64,000 nt of DNA, from assembly GCF_044647545.1 (NCBI RefSeq), contig NZ_CP172818.1. One strand, given 5' to 3'. The notes beneath the pieces are model-generated. The model had not been told where the DNA came from. It saw only the letters and a program-made list of their open reading frames with translations, and made no database searches. This DNA comes from Escherichia coli. Its GTDB lineage: Bacteria; Pseudomonadota; Gammaproteobacteria; Enterobacterales; Enterobacteriaceae. This document shows positions 22,654-32,595 of this stretch, piece after piece (the first letter of the stretch is position 1; every line of letters begins with the position of its first letter). Both the position numbers and the translations under genes were made by a program.

Positions 22654-23683
22654 TTAGTGAAGTCATTTTTGTCAAGCAGGTTGATTTTGTAATCAACGAA
22701 AGTAGACATATTTTTGTTGAAGTAATAGGTTGCACCTACATCAACATATTTGACTAAGTCCTGATCGCCCCATACTCCAAGATCCTTACCTTTAGATTGC
22801 AGGTAAGCAACGGACGGACGCAGACCGAAATCGAACTGATATTGTGCAACAGCTTCGAAGTTTTGGGCTTTATTAGCAACGAAGTGATCAGCAAATACAG
22901 TCATATTCTGGGTTTCAGAATAGGTAGTGGCCAGGTAAATGTTGTTAGCGTCATATTTCAGACCTGCGGCCCAAACTTCTGCATTTTTACCGGAAGCAAA
23001 TACTTCAGGAAGAACTTTCCCTGCATTAACTTGAGTGTCGGTACGATCAGATTTCGCATAAGTTGCACCGATACCGAATCCTTCGTATTCATAGGTAGCA
23101 GAGAAACCGAAGCCATCACCGTTACCTTCAGTGTAGTTATCGAAATCGCTACGATCGTTTTTGCCTTGGTACTGAATCGCAAAATCAAGACCATCAACCA
23201 GGCCAAGAAATCATAGTTACGGTAGGTTGCAACACCGTTGGTACGACCATTCATGAAGTTGTCAGCGGAAGCCCAGGAATCGCCACCCCATTCAACTAAC
23301 ATATCGGTATAAGCTGCGGCATCATAAGCAACACCGTAGTTACGGCCATAGTCAAATGACCACTCGTTATATTTCAAACCGGCGAAGGTTAAACGGGTTT
23401 TTTCCTGGTTTTCACCTTCGGGCTTGCTGGCGTCGAGGTTGTATTCAAACTGACCAAAACCAGTCAGTTCGCTGGTGATTTGGGTTTCACCTTTGAAGCC
23501 AAGACGGGCATAAGTAGTATCACCATCATCTGCATCATTAGAGGAGAAGTAGTGCTTAGCATTAACTTTCCCGTACAGATCCAGCTTGTTACTGTCTTTA
23601 TTATAAATTTCAGCTGCCTGAGCAGACATCGCCATTAGTACTGATGCAGCTACAGCAGAAATTGCCACTGTTAATTTTTTCAT
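22654..23683 (-). pseudogene. nmpC: OmpC-family outer-membrane porin, truncated at the 3' end by IS5 and carrying an internal single-base frame break near 23205
   Basis: Signal peptide [23 protein letters not shown]; porin sequence reads YRNYDF then shifts frame, then continues in frame to the IS5 junction (last residues EGANKSLI come from IS5). Confidence 0.8.
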
Positions 23684-24258
23684 CGTGAGCCCTTTTTTTG
23701 AACTATTATTAAAAAATGATGTCACTGCGCGATAAATATTCATCTAATCAATGTGATTATTTCAAGATGTAAGTTTTGGTTTCTCGTTTGATTTGTGAAG
23801 TAGATCTCTATTTTTATCTGAACTTTTTTCTATCGAATCCTATTCATGGCTCTTGGCTGAATAAAAATAAATCTATTAGCCAATTTATATTAACGGCTGT
23901 TATTTATAAGTGCTCTATAATTTGAAGGTTCAATTTAAACCGGCTAAAAATAACACTGGAAATTATTTTTTGGTTATTTGTTGAGATTTGCTTATGTATT
24001 TGTAGTGGTGTTTTCAATACTCGGTAGCATTCTCTCAAATATCATTTAGTGGTTTACGTACGTAAAAAATTGGTTATGCTGTTAAGAGTGGTTACTTCGT
24101 CACACAGCTTAAACCCGCCGTCGAGCGGGTTTTTCCATTTTTTGAGTCTCGATATTAGCTGATAACCCAATACCTGAGTTATTCACTGACTCCGAGTCTG
24201 TTACGTTTCGTAGTATTCCCTCAATTTACACCCATCCGTTATTTGCGGAGGTGAGGCT

Positions 24259-24474
24259 ATGAAATCCATGGATAAGTTAACAACGGGCATTGCCTACGGC
24301 ACCTCCGCAGGCAGTGCTGGCTACTGGTTTTTACAGCTGCTCGATAAAGTCACGCCCTCACAGTGGGCAGCAATAGGTGTGCTGGGTAGCTTGGTATTTG
24401 GCCTGCTGACGTACCTGACAAACCTTTATTTCAAGATTAAAGAAGATAAGCGCAAGGCTGCGAGAGGTGAATAA
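24259..24474 (+). CDS. essD: phage holin (71 aa)
   Basis: Two hydrophobic segments and charged C-terminus; first gene of the lysis cassette. Confidence 0.85.
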   Translation: MKSMDKLTTGIAYGTSAGSAGYWFLQLLDKVTPSQWAAIGVLGSLVFGLLTYLTNLYFKIKEDKRKAARGE

Positions 24475-24971
24475 TGCCTCCATCATTACGAAAAGCCGTT
24501 GCTGCTGCTATTGGTGGCGGAGCAATTGCTATAGCATCAGTGTTAATCACTGGCCCAAGTGGTAACGATGGTCTGGAAGGTGTCAGCTACATACCATACA
24601 AAGATATCGTTGGCGTATGGACTGTATGTCACGGGCATACAGGAAAAGACATCATTCCCGGTAAAACGTATACCGAAGCAGAATGCAAAGCCCTCCTGAA
24701 TAAAGACCTTGCCACGGTAGCCAGACAAATTAACCCGTACATCAAAGTCGATATACCGGAAACAACGCGCGGCGCTCTTTACTCGTTCGTCTATAACGTG
24801 GGCGCAGGCAATTTCAGAACATCTACTCTTCTTCGCAAAATAAACCAGGGCGATATCAAGGGCGCATGTGACCAGCTACGTCGCTGGGCATACGCTGGCG
24901 GTAAGCAATGGAAAGGCCTGATGACTCGTCGTGAGATTGAGCGTGAGGTCTGTTTGTGGGGGCAACAATGA
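24474..24971 (+). CDS. rrrD: phage endolysin (lysozyme family)
   Basis: 165-aa ORF overlapping holin stop; N-terminal signal-anchor-like segment. Confidence 0.85.
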   Translation: MPPSLRKAVAAAIGGGAIAIASVLITGPSGNDGLEGVSYIPYKDIVGVWTVCHGHTGKDIIPGKTYTEAECKALLNKDLATVARQINPYIKVDIPETTRGALYSFVYNVGAGNFRTSTLLRKINQGDIKGACDQLRRWAYAGGKQWKGLMTRREIEREVCLWGQQ

Positions 24972-25342
24972 GCAGAGTCACCGCGATTATCTCCGCTCTG
25001 GTTATCTGCATCATCGTCTGCCTGTCATGGGCTGTTAATCATTACCGTGATAACGCCATCGCCTACAAAGAACAGCGCGATAAAAAAGTCAGTGAGCTGA
25101 AGCAGGCGACCGCCACCATTACTGACATGCAGCAGCGCCAGCGTGATGCTGATGCACTCGATGCTAAATACACGAAGGAGTTAGCTGATGCGAAAGCTGA
25201 AAATGATGCTCTTCGGCGCAAGCTTGATAATGGTGGTCGGGTGCTCGTCAAAGGAAAATGCCCTGTGCCATCCTCAGCCGAAACCTCCAGCGCCTCCGGC
25301 ATGGGCAATGATGCCACCGTCGAACTCAAAGACCGAGAATAA
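24968..25342 (+). CDS. rzpD: Rz-like inner-membrane spanin subunit (reading frame as it stands in this sequence)
   Basis: N-terminal transmembrane segment [21 protein letters not shown], coiled-coil-like region; frame terminates at 25342 while the following Rz-like C-terminal peptide lies in the +1 frame. Confidence 0.6.
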   Translation: MSRVTAIISALVICIIVCLSWAVNHYRDNAIAYKEQRDKKVSELKQATATITDMQQRQRDADALDAKYTKELADAKAENDALRRKLDNGGRVLVKGKCPVPSSAETSSASGMGNDATVELKDRE

Positions 25343-25445
25343 AAACTATCCAGTTAGCGACGAATATCTGGACCCAATTATCGCGACCAAAACAGCACTG
25401 AGAACGCTTCAGGAATTCATCAGGACGCAATGTCCTTCGAGATAG
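25188..25445 (+). CDS. rzoD: Rz1-like outer-membrane lipoprotein spanin subunit, +1 frame inside and extending beyond the Rz frame
   Basis: [12 protein letters not shown] lipobox, proline-rich PKPPAPPAW; true C-terminus uncertain. Confidence 0.45.
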   Translation: MRKLKMMLFGASLIMVVGCSSKENALCHPQPKPPAPPAWAMMPPSNSKTENKNYPVSDEYLDPIIATKTALRTLQEFIRTQCPSR

Positions 25446-25602
25446 CGATTATTTTACTCATCATTCCCTTCACATCTGGCTCTGTAGACAGTTCACTTCT
25501 GAAATCCAATAAACATCTCATTCTGATGCTTGATATTGAGCATTTTGCGCGCGGTAAGGGGCTGCGTTGAGATAAGAACCAGTAAAAATAAACCAGGATT
25601 TA

Positions 25603-25625
25603 GCCTCGCATTCGCGGGGCTTTTT
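25603..25625 (+). terminator. candidate rho-independent terminator of the lysis operon
   Basis: GCCTCGC ATTC GCGGGGC hairpin (7-bp stem with one G-U pair) followed by TTTTT. Confidence 0.5.
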
Positions 25626-25709
25626 ATTGCCATTACAAAAGCCACTTCCTACAGAGTGGCTTTGATAATGGTTTATACCCTACACGGGATAACTTAACTG
25701 ATATCCCTT

Positions 25710-25874
25710 TTAAAGGATAAAGGTATTCAAGCCTGACACATCATGCGCTGTATCGTCGCCGTATTCCCGTATTAACAGAGACCGTAGCCCGACGGGGAAC
25801 TCCTTCTGCGCGAGTGTGCGGGAATAATCAAAAACGATGCACACCGGGGTTACCGGGTACACATATTTCATCAT
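25710..25874 (-). CDS. hypothetical small ORF (54 aa)
   Basis: ORF MMKYVYPVTPVCIVFDYSRTLAQKEFPVGL...; no recognisable family; below ORF-track cutoff. Confidence 0.2.
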   Translation of the reverse strand: MMKYVYPVTPVCIVFDYSRTLAQKEFPVGLRSLLIREYGDDTAHDVSGLNTFIL

Positions 25875-25919
25875 GCCAGCGAGTCCGGTTCTGGCACGGA
25901 AGAAACCGGACGTTATGAT

Positions 25920-26330
25920 TTAGTGCGGAAATATTTGTGTAGTGTTCTGAATGTTCTCAGTAAAGAGTAATGAATTATCAAAGGTATAGTAATACCTTTT
26001 GTTTTCGTGGATATTTGTAATCCATCTGAAAACCCCTGCTGTAGCAAGATTTTTCCTGTATTCGTAAAATGATAACTCTCCTGATTTGAATCCTTTTAAG
26101 GTGGCTTCTATAAGGCATTTATTTTTTGAAAATCTTACATTTACAACCTTACCCTGTCCTTTTATTAAAACCGTATTATCGTTTTCAAGAACAAGATGAA
26201 TATTCTCTGTAGCTAAATAGTAAATGTAATGTGAGACATTGTGACGTTTTAGTTCAGAATAAAACCAGTGATAGTTTAAATTATTTCGCACTTTATCGAA
26301 TATTTGTTTAAAAATGGCAACCTGAGCCAT
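25920..26330 (-). CDS. ybcV: prophage protein YbcV (DUF1398-like)
   Basis: 136 aa from [31 protein letters not shown]. Confidence 0.75.
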   Translation of the reverse strand: MAQVAIFKQIFDKVRNNLNYHWFYSELKRHNVSHYIYYLATENIHLVLENDNTVLIKGQGKVVNVRFSKNKCLIEATLKGFKSGELSFYEYRKNLATAGVFRWITNIHENKRYYYTFDNSLLFTENIQNTTQIFPH

Positions 26331-26662
26331 TGTGGTACCTTCCATGTGATATGAGGGGCGTAGTCTGCACGATTATCTAAATTGCTTCAATCTGGTCTGA
26401 TTTTTGAGAATTTAAATAAGCAGATTAGAAGGGAAACGCTGAAATTCATGTTGTTTTCAATAAACAAAGAATGGACGAAAAATCATAAAGACAATACTGC
26501 CAGGACAGGTTAAAAACTATCTTAATACACATTCGATGGTTAGATGTTTAATCATGTATAGAACATCATACCTAAAATACTAAAAGCAAAAGAAACGAAG
26601 GAATCCTCTATAATTAATCTATCAAAGAAGAGAATACGTATCTGACTAAGAGACTAATCAAC

Positions 26663-26896
26663 TCAGCAATCCTCGTATTTAGGGAATACAATACGTCCAG
26701 TGTCACTCTTTTCTTTGTTTGCTTCAGGAGAAACTCTTTTTTCTGAGCACAGTCTCCGGCGGCAGGCTTCAATGACCCAGGCTGAGAAATTCCCGGACCC
26801 TTTTTGATCAAGAGCGATGTTAATTTGTTCAATCATTTGGTTAGGAAAGCGGATGTTGCGGATTGTTGTTCTGCGGGTTCTGTTCTTCGTTGACAT
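26663..26896 (-). CDS. ylcI: small DNA-binding-like prophage protein (YlcI/DUF3950-like)
   Basis: 77-aa ORF MSTKNRTRRTTIRNIRFPNQMIEQINIALDQKGSGNFSAWVIEACRRRL; start codon uncertain. Confidence 0.5.
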   Translation of the reverse strand: MSTKNRTRRTTIRNIRFPNQMIEQINIALDQKGSGNFSAWVIEACRRRLCSEKRVSPEANKEKSDTGRIVFPKYEDC

Positions 26897-27095
26897 GAGG
26901 TTGTCCCGTATTTAGTGTCGCTGATTTGTATTGTCTGAAGTTGTTTTTACGTTAAGTTGATGCAGATCAATTAATATGATACCTGCGTCATAATTGATTA
27001 TTTGACGTGGTTTGATGGCGTAGATGCACGTTGTGACATGCAGATGATAATTATTATCATTTTGCGGGTCCTTTCCGGCGATCCGACAGGTTACG

Positions 27096-27107
27096 GGGCG
27101 GCGACCT
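27096..27107 (+). other. lambda-type cosN cohesive-end sequence GGGCGGCGACCT
   Basis: Exact lambda cohesive-end 12-mer preceded by GATCCGACAGGTTACG; CGTTTCC/GGAAACG repeats (terminase small-subunit binding elements) lie between it and nohD. Confidence 0.8.
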
Positions 27108-27284
27108 CGCGGGTTTTCGCTATTTATGAAAAATTTCCGGTTTAAGGCGTTTCCGTTCTTCTTCGTCATAACTTAATGTTTTTATTTAAAATACCCTCTG
27201 AAAAGAAAGGAAACGACAGGTGCTGAAAGCGAGCTTTTTGGCCTCTGTCGTTTCCTTTCTCTGTTTTTGTCCGTGGAATGAACA

Positions 27285-27830
27285 ATGGAAGTCAACAAAA
27301 AGCAGCTGGCTGACATTTTCGGTGCGAGTATCCGTACCATTCAGAACTGGCAGGAACAGGGAATGCCCGTTCTGCGAGGCGGTGGCAAGGGTAATGAGGT
27401 GCTTTATGACTCTGCCGCCGTCATAAAATGGTATGCCGAAAGGGATGCTGAAATTGAGAACGAAAAGCTGCGCCGGGAGGTTGAAGAACTGCGGCAGGCC
27501 AGCGAGGCAGATCTCCAGCCAGGAACTATTGAGTACGAACGCCATCGACTTACGCGTGCGCAGGCCGACGCACAGGAACTGAAGAATGCCAGAGACTCCG
27601 CTGAAGTGGTGGAAACCGCATTCTGTACTTTCGTGTTGTCGCGGATCGCAGGTGAAATTGCCAGTATTCTCGACGGGCTCCCCCTGTCGGTGCAGCGGCG
27701 TTTTCCGGAACTGGAAAACCGACATGTTGATTTCCTGAAACGGGATATTATCAAAGCCATGAACAAAGCAGCCGCGCTGGATGAACTGATACCGGGGTTG
27801 CTGAGTGAATATATCGAACAGTCAGGTTAA
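27285..27830 (+). CDS. nohD: terminase small subunit (lambda Nu1 homologue)
   Basis: 181-aa [49 protein letters not shown]...; recognised Nu1 sequence. Confidence 0.9.
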   Translation: MEVNKKQLADIFGASIRTIQNWQEQGMPVLRGGGKGNEVLYDSAAVIKWYAERDAEIENEKLRREVEELRQASEADLQPGTIEYERHRLTRAQADAQELKNARDSAEVVETAFCTFVLSRIAGEIASILDGLPLSVQRRFPELENRHVDFLKRDIIKAMNKAAALDELIPGLLSEYIEQSG

Positions 27831-28548
27831 CAGGCTGCGGCATTTTGTCCGCGCCGGGCTTCGCTCACTGTTCAGGCCGGAGCCACAGACCGCCGTTGAA
27901 TGGGCGGATGCTAATTACTATCTCCCGAAAGAATCCGCATACCAGGAAGGGCGCTGGGAAACACTGCCCTTTCAGCGGGCCATCATGAATGCGATGGGCA
28001 GCGACTACATCCGTGAGGTGAATGTGGTGAAGTCTGCCCGTGTCGGTTATTCCAAAATGCTGCTGGGTGTTTATGCCTACTTTATAGAGCATAAGCAGCG
28101 CAACACCCTTATTCCAGCTGGCTTCGTGGCTGTTTTCAACAGTGATGAGTCATCGTGGCATCTCGTTGAAGATCATCGGGGTAAAACGGTTTATGACGTA
28201 GCGTCAGGGGACGCGTTATTTATTTCTGAACTCGGTCCGTTACCGGAAAATGTTACCTGGTTATCGCCGGAAGGGGAGTTTCAGAAGTGGAACGGTACAG
28301 CCTGGGTGAAAGATGCAGAAGCAGAAAAACTGTTCCGGATTCGGGAGGCGGAAGAAACAAAAAACAGCCTGATGCAGGTAGCCAGTGAGCATATTGCGCC
28401 ACTTCAGGATGCTGTAGATCTGGAAATCGCAACGGAGGAAGAAACCTCATTGCTGGAAGCCTGGAAAAAATATCGGGTGTTGCTGAACCGTGTTGATACA
28501 TCAACTGCACCTGATATTGAGTGGCCTACGAACCCTGTCAGGGAGTAA
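27805..28548 (+). pseudogene. tfaD: fusion of terminase large-subunit N-terminal fragment to a tail-fibre assembly C-terminal fragment
   Basis: N-terminal ~100 aa match lambda gpA start ([28 protein letters not shown]...), C-terminal part matches Tfa (...[28 protein letters not shown]...). Confidence 0.75.
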
Positions 28549-28602
28549 TCATTGGGATTATGCCGCAGCACGTCTTAAGCAAGAACATGCTGCGGTTGGA
28601 TG

Positions 28603-29187
28603 CTATTTTTTTCCTGAAGCGGAAAACATTACTACAGTACCTTGAACCTTGGTTTTAACATTCTCGAAATGCTCTGAGAGTATATGTGTTAAGCCTTCTT
28701 CGGAATCTTTTGTGTTTGAAAAGATGCCTTTCTGATTGTAAATGCGCATCAGTTTTTGACCGAAGCTATTGTGCACAACTCCATCGCCAAGAATTGTGGC
28801 TCCGTATAGAGTTCCATCGTCAGTTAAGGCCTGCGCCGCATTGCGTATTACACAGCTTTTTGTAGATATATTTCCAGGCAGGCAGTGAAGAAGGTAAGAC
28901 ATGGAAATGGAATCAAATTGACCATGTAACGCCGCGGGATAAGGTTCAAAAACATCATGGCTAATTTTATGTTTAATTTTTGATTCCCCAGCCCTTGTAG
29001 ATGCCGCGTTCAGGCTAGCTTCGTTCAAATCCATTAAAGATATCAGACTACTCTCAGGTACGTGAGTAAGGTAAAACCCAGTTCCAACACCAATATCCAG
29101 ATGGTTGTTACCTAAATGTTCCAGAAAGTGTGGAAGAAGGTGTTCCTTTGTAGGACATCCCCATGCAAGCCGATTTGATACTCCCAA
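28603..29187 (-). CDS. ybcY: SAM-dependent methyltransferase-like protein
   Basis: 194-aa ORF with glycine-rich nucleotide-binding motif (LDIGVGTG); may be a truncated gene. Confidence 0.6.
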   Translation of the reverse strand: MGVSNRLAWGCPTKEHLLPHFLEHLGNNHLDIGVGTGFYLTHVPESSLISLMDLNEASLNAASTRAGESKIKHKISHDVFEPYPAALHGQFDSISMSYLLHCLPGNISTKSCVIRNAAQALTDDGTLYGATILGDGVVHNSFGQKLMRIYNQKGIFSNTKDSEEGLTHILSEHFENVKTKVQGTVVMFSASGKK

Positions 29188-29325
29188 AACCCACCAGTCA
29201 TAAAGCTTTAGGGTAAGTGGTGTGTAAATTCTAGCCCCATCATCTGTGTTTTTTTATTAATTTCACCATGTTATAGTTTTATTTGTGAATTAAATCAATT
29301 ATGGCAATGAATTACAAGGGGTTAA

Positions 29326-29586
29326 ATGCTGCCGCAGCATAGCGATATTGAAATAGCCTGGTATGCTTCAATACAGCAGGAGCCGAATGGCTGGAAGACC
29401 GTCACCACACAGTTCTACATCCAGGAATTCAGTGAGTATATTGCGCCACTGCAGGATGCTGTAGATCTGGAAATCGCAACGGAGGAAGAAAACTCGTTGC
29501 TGGAAGCCTGGAAAAAGTATCGGGTGCTGCTAAACCGTGTGGACACTTCCGTAGCACCAGATATCGAGTGGCTTATTCAACCATAA
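29326..29586 (+). pseudogene. tfaX: tail-fibre assembly protein C-terminal fragment
   Basis: 86-aa ORF whose C-terminal 50 aa closely match the C-terminus of the tfaD fusion. Confidence 0.6.
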
Positions 29587-30131
29587 TAAACAGTATGTAT
29601 ATCATAGGTTATTAATTGTGAGTTTTTTCGGTGTGTTATTTGTTTGTTTGATGTTATGCTTTTGCGCCCCAAAAGGTTGTTTAGATGTATTTTATCAATT
29701 GATTTTCAATGTCGTTTAATAAAGAAAAATTAAGCAAGCTGGATGTTGGTTTTTTGTTAATTGAATGGTTCTAATAATGTTTTTTTACTGTTGTTGAATG
29801 TGACTTGATAAGAAATGCAAGTAAAAATGATACTCTTTTTATTTTAAATTCAAACGGTTGACATATATATAGCAAGAGGTTTCAGGTGCGTTGTAGTGAG
29901 TTTATGTTAATAAAAAGTATAGTAAGCGTTGAAAAATGTAACTTTGAAATACGTTAGAATAAAAAACAATATACATATAATAATTTAATCTTAAATGAAA
30001 TTTATTAAAATTTGCAAACTATAATTTTGTGTATAAAAATATAAATGCACATCATCCTGATTATGATTGTGTATTTAATTGGTTGTTATTTGACTGCTAT
30101 CAACTTGTTTTAATTTTATGATAGGTGCAAG

Positions 30132-30881
30132 ATGGATTATGTTTGCTCCGTAGTTTTCATCTGTCAATCATTTGATTTAATTATAAACAGGAGAGTTATC
30201 TCGTTCAAAAAAAATTCATTGTTTATTGTAAGCGACAAAATTAGAAGGGAGTTACCAGTATGCCCCTCTAAACTAAGAATTGTTGATATAGATAAGAAAA
30301 CATGTTTATCCTTTTTTATCGACGTGAATAATGAGCTGCCTGGCAAATTTACTCTTGATAAGAATGGCTATATTGCTGAAGAGGAACCTCCATTATCGCT
30401 TGTTTTTTCTCTGTTTGAAGGGATTAAAATAGCAGACTCACACTCCCTTTGGTTAAAAGAAAGACTATGTATATCCTTACTTGCCATGTTCAAAAAACGC
30501 GAAAGTGTAAATTCATTTATACTAACAAATATAAATACATTTACCTGTAAAATTACTGGAATAATCAGTTTTAATATTGAGCGGCAATGGCATTTAAAAG
30601 ATATTGCGGAATTGATTTATACGAGTGAAAGTTTAATAAAAAAAAGATTAAGGGATGAAGGAACGTCATTTACTGAAATATTGAGAGATACTAGGATGAG
30701 GTATGCAAAAAAACTCATAACTTCAAACTCTTATTCTATCAATGTCGTAGCCCAGAAATGTGGCTATAACAGTACTTCATATTTCATATGTGCATTTAAA
30801 GATTATTATGGTGTCACGCCATCTCATTATTTTGAGAAAATAATCGGCGTCACAGATGGAATAAACAAAACAATTGACTGA
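30132..30881 (+). CDS. appY: AraC-family transcriptional activator AppY
   Basis: 249-aa ORF with C-terminal AraC helix-turn-helix; AT-rich flanks. Confidence 0.9.
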
Positions 30882-31129
30882 TAATGTTTATTACAAGTTG
30901 CCTACATGTTAATTATAATATTATACAGCGTTTTTTTGATGTGATATTCTGGAACCATTAATTTGTAATTGGGTTGCTGTCGCCTATTTTATACATGCTA
31001 TAATTGATGGTTTTCTATGTGATTTAGTTAATAACCTTCTGGGTTTATTTTAAGGGTTAATTGTTACATTGAAATGGCTAGTTATTCCCCGGGGCGATTG
31101 TCACCTCGGGGAAATTTTAGTTGGCGTTC

Positions 31130-32083
31130 TTAAAATGTGTACTTAAGACCAGCAGTAGTGATGAAGTTATAGTTTTCTATGCCTGCACCATTTTTGCTGT
31201 AGTCTGAAGTGTTATCATTGTGATCATAAAGTGAAGTATTACCTTTTTTATTCGTAACCCGATTCCATGCGCCTTCAACATAAACTTTTGCGTTAGGTGT
31301 TACGTAATAACCTGCATTGACTGCAACAGAATAGTAATTTTGGTCTTTGACTTTACTGCGATAAGTGATTCTTTTTCCTGGGTCATAGTGCTCATCGTTA
31401 TCAGATGCTTCCACCCAGCCGCTGTATTTAAATGTGCCACCTAGCTCAAAATCTTCATAACGATAACTTCCAGTCAAGCCAATGTAGGGCATTTTAAAAC
31501 GTTGTTTGTAGCCGATTGCTCTTTCTCCATTCGGGAAGGAGCCGATATCATCTCTGAATCCCTCCTCAGAACTGTAGATATAGGAACCACCTCTGGCTGT
31601 AAAGCTATAACGGCTTTCCTGATATCCGGCCATGAGTCCCAGGCGGTAATTGGGTTCGTTGAGGAGCCAGCCTTTGATATTCAGATCAAATTCGTTGGCA
31701 TAATTGAGTTGTGTATCAGGGTGCCTACTTTCATCTGTCCAGGTTCCGGGGTTACTGGAATCCATCCAGTCCTGATCGACCATATTGCCACCTCGGCTGC
31801 CGAGAGTAGTCCAGCCCGCAGCCCCAATAGATATCTGGGGCATCAAATCCCAATTAATTGCACCTTTAATAATTGCAGCGTTATTGAATTTCCAGTCGAG
31901 TTGACTGACTTTTCGGCCTCCTTCTTCGGCTAGATAAACACGCTCTTTTGTTTTTCCGCTCAGAGTTCCAAGACTAATGTCCGCATTTATGTTGTCAGGA
32001 GTAAACGATAAAGTCTCGGTAGAAGCAAAAGAGCTGATCGCAATAGGGGTTGTCAGGACTATTCCCAGAAGTTTCGCCCGCAT
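31130..32083 (-). CDS. ompT: outer-membrane aspartyl protease OmpT (omptin)
   Basis: 317-aa ORF; recognised omptin sequence. Confidence 0.93.
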   Translation of the reverse strand: MRAKLLGIVLTTPIAISSFASTETLSFTPDNINADISLGTLSGKTKERVYLAEEGGRKVSQLDWKFNNAAIIKGAINWDLMPQISIGAAGWTTLGSRGGNMVDQDWMDSSNPGTWTDESRHPDTQLNYANEFDLNIKGWLLNEPNYRLGLMAGYQESRYSFTARGGSYIYSSEEGFRDDIGSFPNGERAIGYKQRFKMPYIGLTGSYRYEDFELGGTFKYSGWVEASDNDEHYDPGKRITYRSKVKDQNYYSVAVNAGYYVTPNAKVYVEGAWNRVTNKKGNTSLYDHNDNTSDYSKNGAGIENYNFITTAGLKYTF

Positions 32084-32506
32084 AAAAGTTCTCCATTCAA
32101 TCGTTTTAATGATTGAATATGTATTTTTTATATCTAACTTAATGAGTCAATTACATATTGCTCCACTGTTTATATTTTGTTTAGTATTGAATGATTATCA
32201 CAATGCGCTATCTGTTTTTGGTTTAATTATCTGTTATTGTTTCATATTGCGGTTTTACTGTGTGGTTTTTTTATGCTTTTGTGGTGCTTTTATCTATTTA
32301 AGTGCCATGCCTTTAGAGGCATATAAGCGAAAATAGCATGAGGTTTATCCTCAATTACTATGTTTTTTAGTACAAAAAAGAGGGACAAAACTGAGACACA
32401 TAAGGCCTCACAATGGCTTGCAAGGCTTTACATGTTTTGAGGTAGTGGGACGTGTGAGCGCAGAGATGGCGCGGTAAGTTGTTGACTTAAAATGTCGTTC
32501 TAGGAA

Positions 32507-32551
32507 CTTCTAAGTCGTGGGCCGCAGGTTCGAATCCTGCAGGGCGCGCCA
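32507..32551 (+). repeat. 45-bp direct repeat of the argU 3' end marking the prophage right attachment site
   Basis: Identical to 11630..11674 (CTTCTAAGTCGTGGGCCGCAGGTTCGAATCCTGCAGGGCGCGCCA). Confidence 0.9.
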
Positions 32552-32595
32552 TTTCTTCTTCATTTAATCCCGTCTTATCCGTTCCGCTTTGCTCT

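Noticed and set aside
26912-27169. 85-aa ORF spanning the cos site
   Set aside because: Overlaps cosN and the terminase-binding repeats, a region that is non-coding in lambda; most likely spurious.
27186-27725. 179-aa ORF antisense to the terminase small subunit nohD
   Set aside because: The sense strand encodes a near-perfect lambda Nu1 homologue; the antisense frame is an artefact.
31977-32336. 119-aa hydrophobic plus-strand ORF upstream of ompT
   Set aside because: Starts inside the ompT antisense strand and runs through very AT-rich promoter DNA; hydrophobicity reflects the T-rich sequence rather than a real membrane protein.
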